Source of the DNA: an uncultured Candidatus Saccharibacteria bacterium
GTDB lineage: Bacteria > Patescibacteriota > UBA1384 > DTJR01
Assembly: GCA_964580065.1 (NCBI GenBank)
Contig: CAZOJE010000001.1
Coordinates: 87,717-151,716, forward strand
DNA length: 64,000 nucleotides
Reading direction: 5' to 3'
Part shown: in pieces, positions 8,804 through 18,343 of the stretch
How the letters are laid out: each line of letters begins with the position of its first letter
Position numbering within the stretch: position 1 is the first letter of the stretch
Made by a program: the position numbers and the translations under genes
Notes under the pieces: model-generated
Databases searched by the model: none
Told to the model about the DNA's origin: nothing
Seen by the model: the letters and a program-made list of their open reading frames with translations, nothing else

Positions 8804-11564
8804 ACGATCCTTGAACAGCGTTTTCTAAACCGTCCAAAGTTGTGACGGTGATTTTGTAATAATATTTGGTTTTTCCTTGCAGGGCGTTCAAAGTAAGCGA
8901 ATGCGATGTTGTCTGTAAGCCACCGTATTTTTCGATATCGTAGCTGTCGGTGCTTGTGCCTACCTTGACAGATGAATCGGCCGCTTTGTCAGTGGTGAAT
9001 TTAATCGTTCCTCCATTTGAGGAAATGCCGGAAACCGATAAATTTTGAATTTGGACAGTCTCGCCACTGACAATTTTGACATTAATGGAACTTTCTCCGC
9101 TAACGCCGTTTCGATCAGTCAGCCGAGCGGTTAATTTGTATGTGCCGCTAGAAAAAGCGCTTGGATCAATTTCGGCTGAATAGGGAGAGTTAGTGGCAGT
9201 GGCGATTATTTTATCACCAAGAATATAAGTGACTGAATCAATGGGCTGTTCGGAATCTGTCGCTACAGCAACCCTTGTTTTCGTTTTAATAGTTGCGCCG
9301 TCCAACGGTTCACTAATGGTTATTTTTGGTGATTTAGTGTAGCTGGTGTCTTTCTCGTAATCTGGCAGGAGATAACCGTTGGCTTGTGCCCATGATCGAA
9401 TCGGCGCTTCCCAATTAGGATATTTCGCCCAATCATCGCCCCATTCATTATGAAGGTTAAAGAAATATTTTTCTTCAATTAATTCAGGCGGTGTCGAGCC
9501 GGTTGCGATCTTATTGTTTGCTTTATTTACTTTGAGAAGAACATTGATGTTATCGTGGTCGGTTGGCACTTGCCAAGGGGCAAAAATATCTTTTGTAAAC
9601 GATTTGGAATATTCACTTGGCAGCTTGCCGGAATATTTTTCGACGGTTAAATCTTTAATGGTATCTGGCCGCGTGAAGTCGGTTTCGTCAGCATATTTAG
9701 CCATAAATGTATGGAAAATGGGGGCGGCGACAACCGAACCGTCGGCGCCGTTGGACATTTTTGAGTTATCATTATTGCCAACCCAAACGGCTGTGGCAAT
9801 TTTAGTAGTGTAACCGACTGTCCAAGCGTCGTGAAATTCTTGGGTGGTACCAGTTTTGGCGGCAACATGATTATCGCCAAAATTTAAGGCATTTTGGCGA
9901 CCAAAAACCATACTTCTGGCATCGTCGTCGTCGAGGATATTACTGATTTCATAAGCAATTTCGGGAGCAATAGCGTTGTAAGCACTTGATTCTTTTTTAT
10001 ATTCATAAAGCGTTTTGCCCTTGCTGTCTTCAACTTTCAAAATTGGCGTTGGTTGATGAAAAACACCGTTATTACCGAAGGTGGCGAAAGCCCCAGCCAT
10101 TTCAATCGGCTTGACTTCACCGCCGCCGAGAACAAGCGATAGCCCATAGCGATCAGTTTGCGTTAGGGTAGTGATGCCAAGATCTTTAGCGGTTTTAAGA
10201 GCTTCAGGAATACCGACGAGTCCGAGGGTTTTAACGGCGGGAATATTCAGCGAGTTAGCTAAGGCGGTGCGCATTGTGACGGGGCCGTGCGTTGAACCAT
10301 CATAGTTTTGCGGTTTGTAACCGCTAAAGTCGGTTTGCAGGTCGAAGATATTGGTCCCGGGGGAATATCTCGAGCTTTTGAAAGCGGTGGCGTAAACGAT
10401 TGGCTTAAACGACGAACCGGGCTGGCGTAGGGAGTCAGTAACATTTACATTTCCATCGTTGCTGATGTCAAAATAGTCCTTGCTCCCAACCATGGCCAGT
10501 ATTTCGCCCGAAGTAGTATCAACCGAAACAAGTGCGGCGTTAGAAGCATTATATTTGGTCAGCTTTTTGGTGTTGTCAGTGATGGCTTGCTCGGCGGCGT
10601 TCTGCTTTTCCATATCTAGGGTAGTAGTCACTTTCAAGCCGCCACTATTAACCAGACGTTCACCGTACATTTCAACTAATTTTTCTTTGACGTACATGAC
10701 AAAATGTGGCGCTAAAATATTCTCGCGTTTCTGCTTAAAAGTAAGATTTTCCTTAGTCGGCGCTTCGGTCTTGGCCTTAGAGGCGTCTTCTTTGGAGACA
10801 TAATTTAAAGACGTCATTCGATCTAAAATATAATCCTTGCGAATGAAAAGAGCGTTAGTGTGAGTGCCGGTAGGCGAATAATAAGTTGGGGCGCGCGGAA
10901 TGGCCGCTAGTGTGGCGGTTTCTGACAAAGAAAGATCTTTGGCTGATTTGCCAAAATACGTTTGACTGGCTTGCTCAATACCATAAACATTTCCGCCATA
11001 AGGAATCTCGTTGAGGTACATAGCTAAAATATCTTCCTTACTATAAATTTGTTCAATTTCAATGGCGAGAATGAATTCTTTAATCTTTCGCGAGAAAGTT
11101 TTTTCGTTAGACAAGAGGGCGTTTTTAACAAACTGTTGAGTGATGGTAGAGCCGCCTTGAGATAAATTTAAATGCAAAACGTCAGAAATTGCCGCCCTTA
11201 ATATTCCTTTAAAATCAACGCCGCTATGAGAATAAAAATTGGCGTCTTCAGCGGCCACTGTTGCTTGTTTAACCTTATCGGGAATAGCGCTCTTGTCGAT
11301 AACAGTTCTTCTTTCTTCGCCGGTTTCGTAAAGCGTTGTTCCGTTTCGATCAAGAATCTTAGTTGATTCAGTAGCGTGAATTTTCGCTAATTTTGCGGGT
11401 GTGGGGAGGTCTTTTAAGTTCCACAAGAACATCAAAATAATAATGCCAAAAATACCCCCCAAGGTGTAAAGTATTACTTTCTTGGGAGTTAGACGTTTGT
11501 TGATTGCGAACCGTTTCAAACGTCTTTTTTGTTTTTTCAGATTAACAATTCCTGCAATTTTCAC
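8790..11564 (-). CDS. Class A penicillin-binding protein (PBP1A family) with C-terminal Ig-like and FN3-like domains
   Basis: EDANFYSH, GGSTITQQ, RKIKE (transglycosylase); SSFK, SLN, KTG (transpeptidase); about 170-aa beta-rich tail. Confidence 0.93.
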   Translation of the reverse strand: MKIAGIVNLKKQKRRLKRFAINKRLTPKKVILYTLGGIFGIIILMFLWNLKDLPTPAKLAKIHATESTKILDRNGTTLYETGEERRTVIDKSAIPDKVKQATVAAEDANFYSHSGVDFKGILRAAISDVLHLNLSQGGSTITQQFVKNALLSNEKTFSRKIKEFILAIEIEQIYSKEDILAMYLNEIPYGGNVYGIEQASQTYFGKSAKDLSLSETATLAAIPRAPTYYSPTGTHTNALFIRKDYILDRMTSLNYVSKEDASKAKTEAPTKENLTFKQKRENILAPHFVMYVKEKLVEMYGERLVNSGGLKVTTTLDMEKQNAAEQAITDNTKKLTKYNASNAALVSVDTTSGEILAMVGSKDYFDISNDGNVNVTDSLRQPGSSFKPIVYATAFKSSRYSPGTNIFDLQTDFSGYKPQNYDGSTHGPVTMRTALANSLNIPAVKTLGLVGIPEALKTAKDLGITTLTQTDRYGLSLVLGGGEVKPIEMAGAFATFGNNGVFHQPTPILKVEDSKGKTLYEYKKESSAYNAIAPEIAYEISNILDDDDARSMVFGRQNALNFGDNHVAAKTGTTQEFHDAWTVGYTTKIATAVWVGNNDNSKMSNGADGSVVAAPIFHTFMAKYADETDFTRPDTIKDLTVEKYSGKLPSEYSKSFTKDIFAPWQVPTDHDNINVLLKVNKANNKIATGSTPPELIEEKYFFNLHNEWGDDWAKYPNWEAPIRSWAQANGYLLPDYEKDTSYTKSPKITISEPLDGATIKTKTRVAVATDSEQPIDSVTYILGDKIIATATNSPYSAEIDPSAFSSGTYKLTARLTDRNGVSGESSINVKIVSGETVQIQNLSVSGISSNGGTIKFTTDKAADSSVKVGTSTDSYDIEKYGGLQTTSHSLTLNALQGKTKYYYKITVTTLDGLENAVQGSFTTL

Positions 11565-11608
11565 TTGGTTATTGTACCATTTTTGATTAATATTTTCGAT
11601 ACCTTTGC

Positions 11609-13738
11609 CTATAAAGCAAATAAATTGAGCTTATTATCAATTTTAACTGCGGCGGTTCTTTTCTCGGGTATTACAACTAAATCATCGGCATCTGATATTT
11701 CAATTTCACTTTGCTTAACAGTCGTGCCATTCTTTCTTAGTTCGAGAACACGAATGCCGAACTTATCTTTACCAAGAAGAAAAATGCTAGATGATCCTTG
11801 AGAGGAAGTGATGCTAATCCAGCCGACATCACTTTGGAGAGAGCTAAAAGATTCCACTTCATTACCCTTGGAAAATTTCCGGATTTTTTTGTCGGCATTC
11901 AAGGAAAAAATATTGCCGTCAACGGCGAAATCAGAAATCGAGCTTTCCGGCGCTTGTTTTAAATAGGCGCTGAATTGACTGAAACCATTTTCTGTGTAAG
12001 ACGATTTATTTATCTGTGAAGAATCCTCGGATAGCAAATAAATGTTTGAGCCAAAAGTCTTTATTTTTTTTCCTGTTGCGGCAATATTTTCTTTTGATGG
12101 GGCTGTTTTAGTGGATTCAATTGTGTAAAGTTTATCGCCAGCAGTCAGACCATATATGCCGCTTTCTTCCATGAAAAAGATTTGCTTAATTTGATCGGAA
12201 AAATTTTCTATTTGAAATTTTTCCGTTTTTTCGTATTTGATGAGATCGACACTACTGACAGTATTGTTTTTTTCAAGCACAATGAGATTGTTGCTTTCGC
12301 CGGCCAGCAGAGCCGAATCATCTACATCTAACTGTTTGGTTGCTTGAAGAAGCTTGATATCACTTGCTTTAAAATATTCCTCTTTGGCTTGAGAGATTTT
12401 TTCGGCCATTTCTTTTTTAGCCGTTTCGTCAGTTATTTTACTCAAATCAAAATCAATAATTGATTGCCAAAGCGCCGCTGCTTTTTGCTTGTCGGTTGCT
12501 TGGGATTGCTGTTTTGCCTCGTTAAAGAGATTATTGAATTCATCTTCGTTTTTTTGGCTTGCGGCTAATTTTGCTTTATTAGCATTGCTCGATATTGGCA
12601 TAGCCACAGCACAAATTAAAATGATCAAAACGAGGGCAATGCAAAGAAGAAGCCGATTTTGTTTGCCCGGGACATACAATCTCATTCGGATCAAAATTCG
12701 GCGAAAGCGGTTTTTTATTTTTGTAAAATTTTTTTTCAGACTAGGGGGTAACTTGGTTGATTGTAAAAGAGGTTTTTTATGGCTTTTTTCTTGGTCGTTT
12801 TCGCGCAAATTTACACTGGTAAAAAGCGGACTTTCTTTTATTCGGGAAATTGATTTTTGAGTTGTTTTATTTATTTTTATAATATTTTCAACAGGCAATT
12901 TAATTGGATTTTTTTGCTTAAAAGCGGAGAGTTTATTAAGCGACGAATGAAATGCTGGCGAAAATTTCTTGAATACTTTTTTGGCCGTGTTGAGAAGATT
13001 GCCGTAAGAATGGTCGATATAAACGGTGTCAATTTTTTCTTCGGGCGACAAATTTGCCATTTGTTCTTTGGTCGTTAACTCTATTAAAATGGCATTGGCT
13101 GCACGAACGCTTCGATTTTTCAAAATCTTGGCCCATTCGATCATTGCACTGGCCACTGTTTCGTTTGTGGCGGTTAACCGCAATTCGGCTGGTTTGATCG
13201 TGTCAAAAAATATTTTATTGGCAACGACAATTTTATCATTTAGTTCTAGCGTGCCACTGGTTAAATTAGTAAAAGTTTTGAGAGGGTGGGGCGAATGTTC
13301 GGCCTCGCTGTTTTCGGTAATAAAATTAATTTTATTATCGCGATAAAGATAGGTATGCGATGTGCCGGTTTGGGCAACATGGATGTTGGCGCCATTAATC
13401 AAGACCAAAACGGCGTTAAATTTGCCAATCCAATCGGTTTCGCCGGTTTGGGCAATACCGGAGAGGGCTTCGTTGACTTTTTTGATTGCTCTTTCAAAAT
13501 TTGCCAGTTCAGAATTATTTTCCAGCTTATAATATTCTCGAATGAGAGTGTTAATGACACTTTGACCGATTTGAGCGTTTACTGTCCATGGCCCGATAAT
13601 TTCAAGATGACAAAAAAGCTGGCCTGCTTTGGCTTTTTCAGGATCGACAGGTTCATATACTTGGCATGTTGCGAACCTATCAGATAACCTGTCAGACGTG
13701 GTTAATCTGGTGTAATTAATAATCTGGCCCATTTTCAC
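11609..13738 (-). CDS. Hypothetical membrane protein (PP2C-like N-terminal fold, one TM, beta-propeller-like C-terminus)
   Basis: ORF with central hydrophobic helix; fold calls are pattern impressions only; start may be ATG 13732. Confidence 0.55.
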   Translation of the reverse strand: MKMGQIINYTRLTTSDRLSDRFATCQVYEPVDPEKAKAGQLFCHLEIIGPWTVNAQIGQSVINTLIREYYKLENNSELANFERAIKKVNEALSGIAQTGETDWIGKFNAVLVLINGANIHVAQTGTSHTYLYRDNKINFITENSEAEHSPHPLKTFTNLTSGTLELNDKIVVANKIFFDTIKPAELRLTATNETVASAMIEWAKILKNRSVRAANAILIELTTKEQMANLSPEEKIDTVYIDHSYGNLLNTAKKVFKKFSPAFHSSLNKLSAFKQKNPIKLPVENIIKINKTTQKSISRIKESPLFTSVNLRENDQEKSHKKPLLQSTKLPPSLKKNFTKIKNRFRRILIRMRLYVPGKQNRLLLCIALVLIILICAVAMPISSNANKAKLAASQKNEDEFNNLFNEAKQQSQATDKQKAAALWQSIIDFDLSKITDETAKKEMAEKISQAKEEYFKASDIKLLQATKQLDVDDSALLAGESNNLIVLEKNNTVSSVDLIKYEKTEKFQIENFSDQIKQIFFMEESGIYGLTAGDKLYTIESTKTAPSKENIAATGKKIKTFGSNIYLLSEDSSQINKSSYTENGFSQFSAYLKQAPESSISDFAVDGNIFSLNADKKIRKFSKGNEVESFSSLQSDVGWISITSSQGSSSIFLLGKDKFGIRVLELRKNGTTVKQSEIEISDADDLVVIPEKRTAAVKIDNKLNLFAL

Positions 13739-13799
13739 TCATTTTACCAATTATTTCATATTTTATAAAATAGGGTTATAATTTTGCCACTGGAGGAAC

Positions 13800-15017
13800 A
13801 TGCCGCTGGCGAATGATTTAAGACCTAAAACATTGGACGAATTCATCGGCCAAACACATATAATGGGGCCGAAGAGTTGGCTTACTCAAGCGATTAAAAA
13901 CGATGCGTTGAGTTCTTTGATTTTATTTGGGCCGCCTGGAAGCGGTAAGACAACCTTGGCCAACATCATTGCCAACTCAACGAAGGCACAGTTTGTTCAT
14001 CTTAACGCCACGAGCGGTTCGGCCAAAACACTTAAACAAGAATTAGAAAAAGCCCAAATTGCCCTCGAGGGAAAACAAAAAACAACTATTTTTATTGACG
14101 AAATTCACCGTTTTAACAAAGCCCAGCAAGATGTTCTTTTGCCCTATATCGAAAGAGGAGTAATCACGCTAATTGGTGCCACCACCGAAAATCCGTCTTT
14201 TACCGTTATTTCGCCAATTATTTCCCGATCAAAAGTTATCGAATTAAAGCGTCTCGAAAACGAAGATTTAGCCAAGATTTTTGAACGGGCGAACGAACGT
14301 TATCCACGTTTGAAATTTACCGACGAAGCAAAAAAACTAATTATCGAAAGTGCTAACGGCGACGCGAGAATTTTACTAAATTTGTTTGAAGACATTCTCT
14401 CGTCGGGAGAAAACAAGATTTCTCGTGCCACAATCGAAAAACTTAATGTTATCAAAACTTTAAAATATGATCGTGGCGGTGAGGAACATTACAATATTAT
14501 TTCCGCTTTGCATAAATCAATGCGGGACAGCGATCCCGATGCGGCGGTTTATTGGATAATGCGAATGCTTGAGGCCGGTGAAGATCCGCTCTATATTGCC
14601 AGAAGATTGATAAGATTTGCCAGTGAAGACATTGGCTTAGCTGATCCGCACGCTCTTCTGGTGGCTGTGTCAGCTTATCAGGCCTGCCATTTCATTGGTA
14701 TGCCGGAATGTGATGTTATGCTGGCGCAAGCGGCCATTCATTTGGCTTGCGCGCCGAAATCAAATGCTTGCTACAAGGCAGTTATTTCGGCGCGAAAAGA
14801 CATTCGCGAGTTTGGTAACTTAGATGTGCCCAAGCATTTACGCAACGCACCAACCAATTTGATGAAAAATTTGGGTTATGGCAAGGGCTATAAATATGCT
14901 CATGATTTTGCTGGTGCCAAAGTTGATCAAGAGCATCTGCCGGAACGTCTGAAGGGAAAAAAATATTATTTCCCCACTGATCGTGGTTTAGAAAAGAAAA
15001 TTTCTTCTAAAAAATAG
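13800..15017 (+). CDS. rarA: Replication-associated recombination protein A
   Basis: GPPGSGKTT, FIDEIHRFNKAQQD, ATTENPSF, SALHKSMR, ASEDIG; GGAGG RBS. Confidence 0.96.
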   Translation: MPLANDLRPKTLDEFIGQTHIMGPKSWLTQAIKNDALSSLILFGPPGSGKTTLANIIANSTKAQFVHLNATSGSAKTLKQELEKAQIALEGKQKTTIFIDEIHRFNKAQQDVLLPYIERGVITLIGATTENPSFTVISPIISRSKVIELKRLENEDLAKIFERANERYPRLKFTDEAKKLIIESANGDARILLNLFEDILSSGENKISRATIEKLNVIKTLKYDRGGEEHYNIISALHKSMRDSDPDAAVYWIMRMLEAGEDPLYIARRLIRFASEDIGLADPHALLVAVSAYQACHFIGMPECDVMLAQAAIHLACAPKSNACYKAVISARKDIREFGNLDVPKHLRNAPTNLMKNLGYGKGYKYAHDFAGAKVDQEHLPERLKGKKYYFPTDRGLEKKISSKK

Positions 15018-15020
15018 GGA

Positions 15021-15057
15021 AATCAAAAAAGGCCCCCGTAGGAGGCCTTTTTTGATT
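15021..15057. terminator. Bidirectional intrinsic terminator
   Basis: aatcaaaaaaggcc-N9-ggccttttttgatt inverted repeat between convergent rarA and pilin genes. Confidence 0.85.
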
Positions 15058-15067
15058 GTTGAAAATT

Positions 15068-15514
15068 TTATCTTGTGGCCGAAATTGTAGCGCCTTGTTC
15101 AGCGCTCGGAGCGCTAACCGTGATTCTTCCGGTCGTAGCATCGCGAAGAATTTGATATCCGGCACTTGGATCAGACGATGACGGATCGTTTGGAACAGCG
15201 CCAATGTATCTACCGCTGGCTGTTAAGGTAGACAAATCAACTAAACCAGTGCAAGCAGAAGCACCTGTGCGGCAAATGTCTGTTGCGGTGGCGGTAATTC
15301 CAGCCGGAATTTGACCGTTATTATCAATAGAATATTGATAAACGGCATTCAAAATCGTGCCAACATCTGACCTACGTTGGGCATTGCGCGCTTCCCCCAT
15401 TTGTTTGCCCGGGTTAATAGCGACAATAACGATGGCCGCTAAAACCGCGATAATAGCAATAACGAGCAAAACCTCTAGTAAGGTGAAGCCCTTTTTCTTA
15501 CGAAGCATTTTCAT
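15068..15514 (-). CDS. Major type IV pilin / pseudopilin
   Basis: KKG|FTLLEVLLVIAII class III signal; Cys pair; own TATAAT and AAGGAGG upstream. Confidence 0.9.
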   Translation of the reverse strand: MKMLRKKKGFTLLEVLLVIAIIAVLAAIVIVAINPGKQMGEARNAQRRSDVGTILNAVYQYSIDNNGQIPAGITATATDICRTGASACTGLVDLSTLTASGRYIGAVPNDPSSSDPSAGYQILRDATTGRITVSAPSAEQGATISATR

Positions 15515-15575
15515 TCTCCCTCCTTATATTTTTGTTTTATTTGCTAATTATACAAAATATTGTTTTTTAGCACAA

Positions 15576-15971
15576 CTAAAATTGATCGGTCAAGGTGTAT
15601 GAGGAAATAGTCACTTGCGGGTTGACTTGACTAACTTGAATAATATATCGCTTGATCGCATTTCCGTTTTGACCAGATACTTTAACGATCGGCGTTTGCG
15701 TGCCCGAATTTTCAATCGCCAGAATCTGGCAAGTGCCTTTGTCAAAAGAAACCGATTCATTTCCGGCGTAATTTAGATCGAGACGTAAATTAGCCAAAGC
15801 TTTTTCACTACAAGATCGGGCGTAATATTCTGCTTGTTTGCCGGATTCGTATTCGCTGGCTGATTTAATACTGTCTATACTAATGGTCGTTAAAGCAAGA
15901 GTAGCCGCTGTTCCGATGAGGCCGACGACGATGACGCTAATAATAGTAATGTATGATTTTTGTTTTTTCAT
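15576..15971 (-). CDS. PilX/GspK-like minor pilin
   Basis: KS|YITIISVIVVG hydrophobic N-terminus lacking Glu5; last of the minor pilin run. Confidence 0.65.
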   Translation of the reverse strand: MKKQKSYITIISVIVVGLIGTAATLALTTISIDSIKSASEYESGKQAEYYARSCSEKALANLRLDLNYAGNESVSFDKGTCQILAIENSGTQTPIVKVSGQNGNAIKRYIIQVSQVNPQVTISSYTLTDQF

Positions 15972-16468
15972 TTTTCGATTGAAGCAGTTGTTTGAAACGT
16001 TTTTTGATAATCATATTCGTTGCGGTTGCTGGTGTTGTTAAAACTTATCGTAAAATTGACTTGAATGGCACCGCTCGTGCTACCGGCGTTTTGCGTGTTA
16101 GTAAAATTTAAATTTGAGACGGTTATTTTGGAATTGGTAAGTTTTTCATTTGGTAGGGCTCCTTCGGCAATAGTTAGAGCGCCAGAGGACAAGGCGTAAA
16201 CAGTGGGTGTGGTGTTGACGTCGTTGGTAGCAAGAGACAACGAGTCGCCCGTTGTGGCGGCGGGAAGATTTACCGATTGAGCTTCATTAATTGATTTTGT
16301 AATTGTTTCAACTAAAAACTGCCCTTGGCTTTCAACCTCAAGCATTGTCTCGGTTTTAATTCTGGCGTTAAGAATCATTGCTAACAAAGTGCTAACAGCC
16401 AAGATGATGATCGAAACCATGCTGATGTAAAGGAGAATCTCAATTAAGCTGAAAGATTTTTGTTTCAT
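15968..16468 (-). CDS. PilW/GspJ-like minor pilin
   Basis: KS|FSLIEILLY prepilin motif. Confidence 0.75.
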   Translation of the reverse strand: MKQKSFSLIEILLYISMVSIIILAVSTLLAMILNARIKTETMLEVESQGQFLVETITKSINEAQSVNLPAATTGDSLSLATNDVNTTPTVYALSSGALTIAEGALPNEKLTNSKITVSNLNFTNTQNAGSTSGAIQVNFTISFNNTSNRNEYDYQKTFQTTASIEK

Positions 16469-17919
16469 TTGAATGGATTTATGACAAAAAATTCTGAATT
16501 TGGATTGGGTCCGACGGCAAAAACTCTATCCTTGCCAGAACTGTAGCAAATACCGTTAAGCATATCGGATAAATCGATAGAGCTGATCTTTTGCAAAGAC
16601 GAGGGATTTGACACATCAACAACTTGAAATTCTGCCGTGGGAGAATCGCTTGCAATATAAGTAAACTGATTATTGGGACCAAAAGCCAGATCGTTTGGTC
16701 GGCCACCGATATTGTAAGTGCCGTTCAACTGGGCGTTGAGAGGATCGGTGACGTCGTAAACATACAAATTATTAGCCGGTCCTTCTTGCCCGAGAACGAC
16801 GCGGTTGCCGTAGCCGCTGACAGATACAGCGTTGCCAAACCGCAGGTTAGTTAAGGAAAACGGCGTGTAGCTTTTTTTGACTACGGCTTGGGGCTGGGTG
16901 ATGTCTATGGCGACGAGATAGGGTACAAGACCAAGGCCGGTTTGAAAAAATCCAGCTGCAACGTAAGCATAGCTGCCGGAAGCATAAACGTCATATGCAG
17001 AAATAGGCAGATTAAAGACTGGTTCTTTTAGCCGGATATAACTTAGTGCGGTCGGCACGGTTGGGTTGCTGATATCGACAACATAAAAAGTGGGCGAATT
17101 AGAAATTTGCTTGTATTCTCGCGTTAAGTAAGCTCGGTTGCCTTGAACAAAAATCCCGGTAGCTGGCTCGTTGCCGATACCTTTAAATGAATTAGCGGAA
17201 TTAAAGATTGGACTTTCGGGATTGGTTATATCAATTATTTGCATATTTTGATTTGAATCGCGGTTTGAAACGTAAGCGTAATTACCGGAAACAGCAATAT
17301 TTGTTGGCGTTCCTGGGAGAGTAAGAGAACTTTTAATTTTTGGAATGCTGGGGTCGGTCACATCGATGATGGAAAAATTATTGGTACTGCCAGCTTGTAT
17401 GACATAAGCATAATTTCCTTGAATTTGGATTTTTAGTCCGGCGAATGTATCGGGCAAGTCAACGGGCTTGTCTCCGGGGTCTGTCCAATCGCTTGGTTGA
17501 GTAGTCTTCCAGTTGGTAACTAAAGATTCTAGCGAAACAGTGTTCTGTTTGGTGCCAACATCAACCCAGCCAACATTAACGGCTACTTTTTTGGTATTGC
17601 CATCAACGGTCGAAACAGTTAGGGTTCTGGTGAATATCCCAGTTGTGTCTTGCGAGCTTATCAGCGTCCATGCCCCATTAACTATCGATATACCATATTG
17701 CCCGTCGGTTAAATTAGCAAAATCAGCGTTGCGGATTTCCTTACTCGCTTCTATGCCTTCTCGAGCTAAATCCATGGCCCTTGAGCGGTTGCTAACGGAG
17801 AAATTAGACCCGCGGGCATAGATTATCGCACCGGCCATGAAACTGATGAGCATGGCAAAGAGGGCGATTGATAAAATCACTTCGACTAACGAAAACGATT
17901 TTTGACGTCTAGTAATCAA
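16465..17919 (-). CDS. PilV-like minor pilin fused to LVIVD-repeat beta-propeller
   Basis: KS|FSLVEVIL; repeated GNYAYV...IIDxTxP units in the C-terminal 340 aa. Confidence 0.8.
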   Translation of the reverse strand: MITRRQKSFSLVEVILSIALFAMLISFMAGAIIYARGSNFSVSNRSRAMDLAREGIEASKEIRNADFANLTDGQYGISIVNGAWTLISSQDTTGIFTRTLTVSTVDGNTKKVAVNVGWVDVGTKQNTVSLESLVTNWKTTQPSDWTDPGDKPVDLPDTFAGLKIQIQGNYAYVIQAGSTNNFSIIDVTDPSIPKIKSSLTLPGTPTNIAVSGNYAYVSNRDSNQNMQIIDITNPESPIFNSANSFKGIGNEPATGIFVQGNRAYLTREYKQISNSPTFYVVDISNPTVPTALSYIRLKEPVFNLPISAYDVYASGSYAYVAAGFFQTGLGLVPYLVAIDITQPQAVVKKSYTPFSLTNLRFGNAVSVSGYGNRVVLGQEGPANNLYVYDVTDPLNAQLNGTYNIGGRPNDLAFGPNNQFTYIASDSPTAEFQVVDVSNPSSLQKISSIDLSDMLNGICYSSGKDRVFAVGPNPNSEFFVINPFK

Positions 17920-18343
17920 TGACCCCCCTTGAATTGACTGAAATTTCTTTATCTTCGCCTGATGAGCTTATTTTAATGGTTGCTGGCGCGTAAGGAAGAA
18001 GTGAATTTTTCTTAAAATTCACTTCTTCCGTGCCGGAAAAAGTAATGTCTTCTGGCACGGTTGTCGTTTCATCTAAAGTCGTACTTCGGCCGGCGTAATC
18101 ATTGCCGCAGTAAACGATAATCGAATGAGCGTCGAATTTTACGCCCCAGTTAGAATCATGTGAAGCAGAACGGGAAAGAATTTGGGCTCGTCTGATTAGC
18201 TGAAGTGCTTGTGTTTGGGCTAAATCCAAATCATTTTTATTTTTCATTGAAAGAAAACTAGGGAATGAAAATGAAGCAATGCCGGTTATTAAAGCCATGA
18301 CAAGGAGCAACTCAACCAGTGTAAATGCGCGTTGTTTTTTCAT
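17909..18343 (-). CDS. FimT/GspH-like minor pilin
   Basis: RA|FTLVELLLV; ATG 18343 overlaps the pilC stop (ATGA). Confidence 0.78.
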   Translation of the reverse strand: MKKQRAFTLVELLLVMALITGIASFSFPSFLSMKNKNDLDLAQTQALQLIRRAQILSRSASHDSNWGVKFDAHSIIVYCGNDYAGRSTTLDETTTVPEDITFSGTEEVNFKKNSLLPYAPATIKISSSGEDKEISVNSRGVIDY

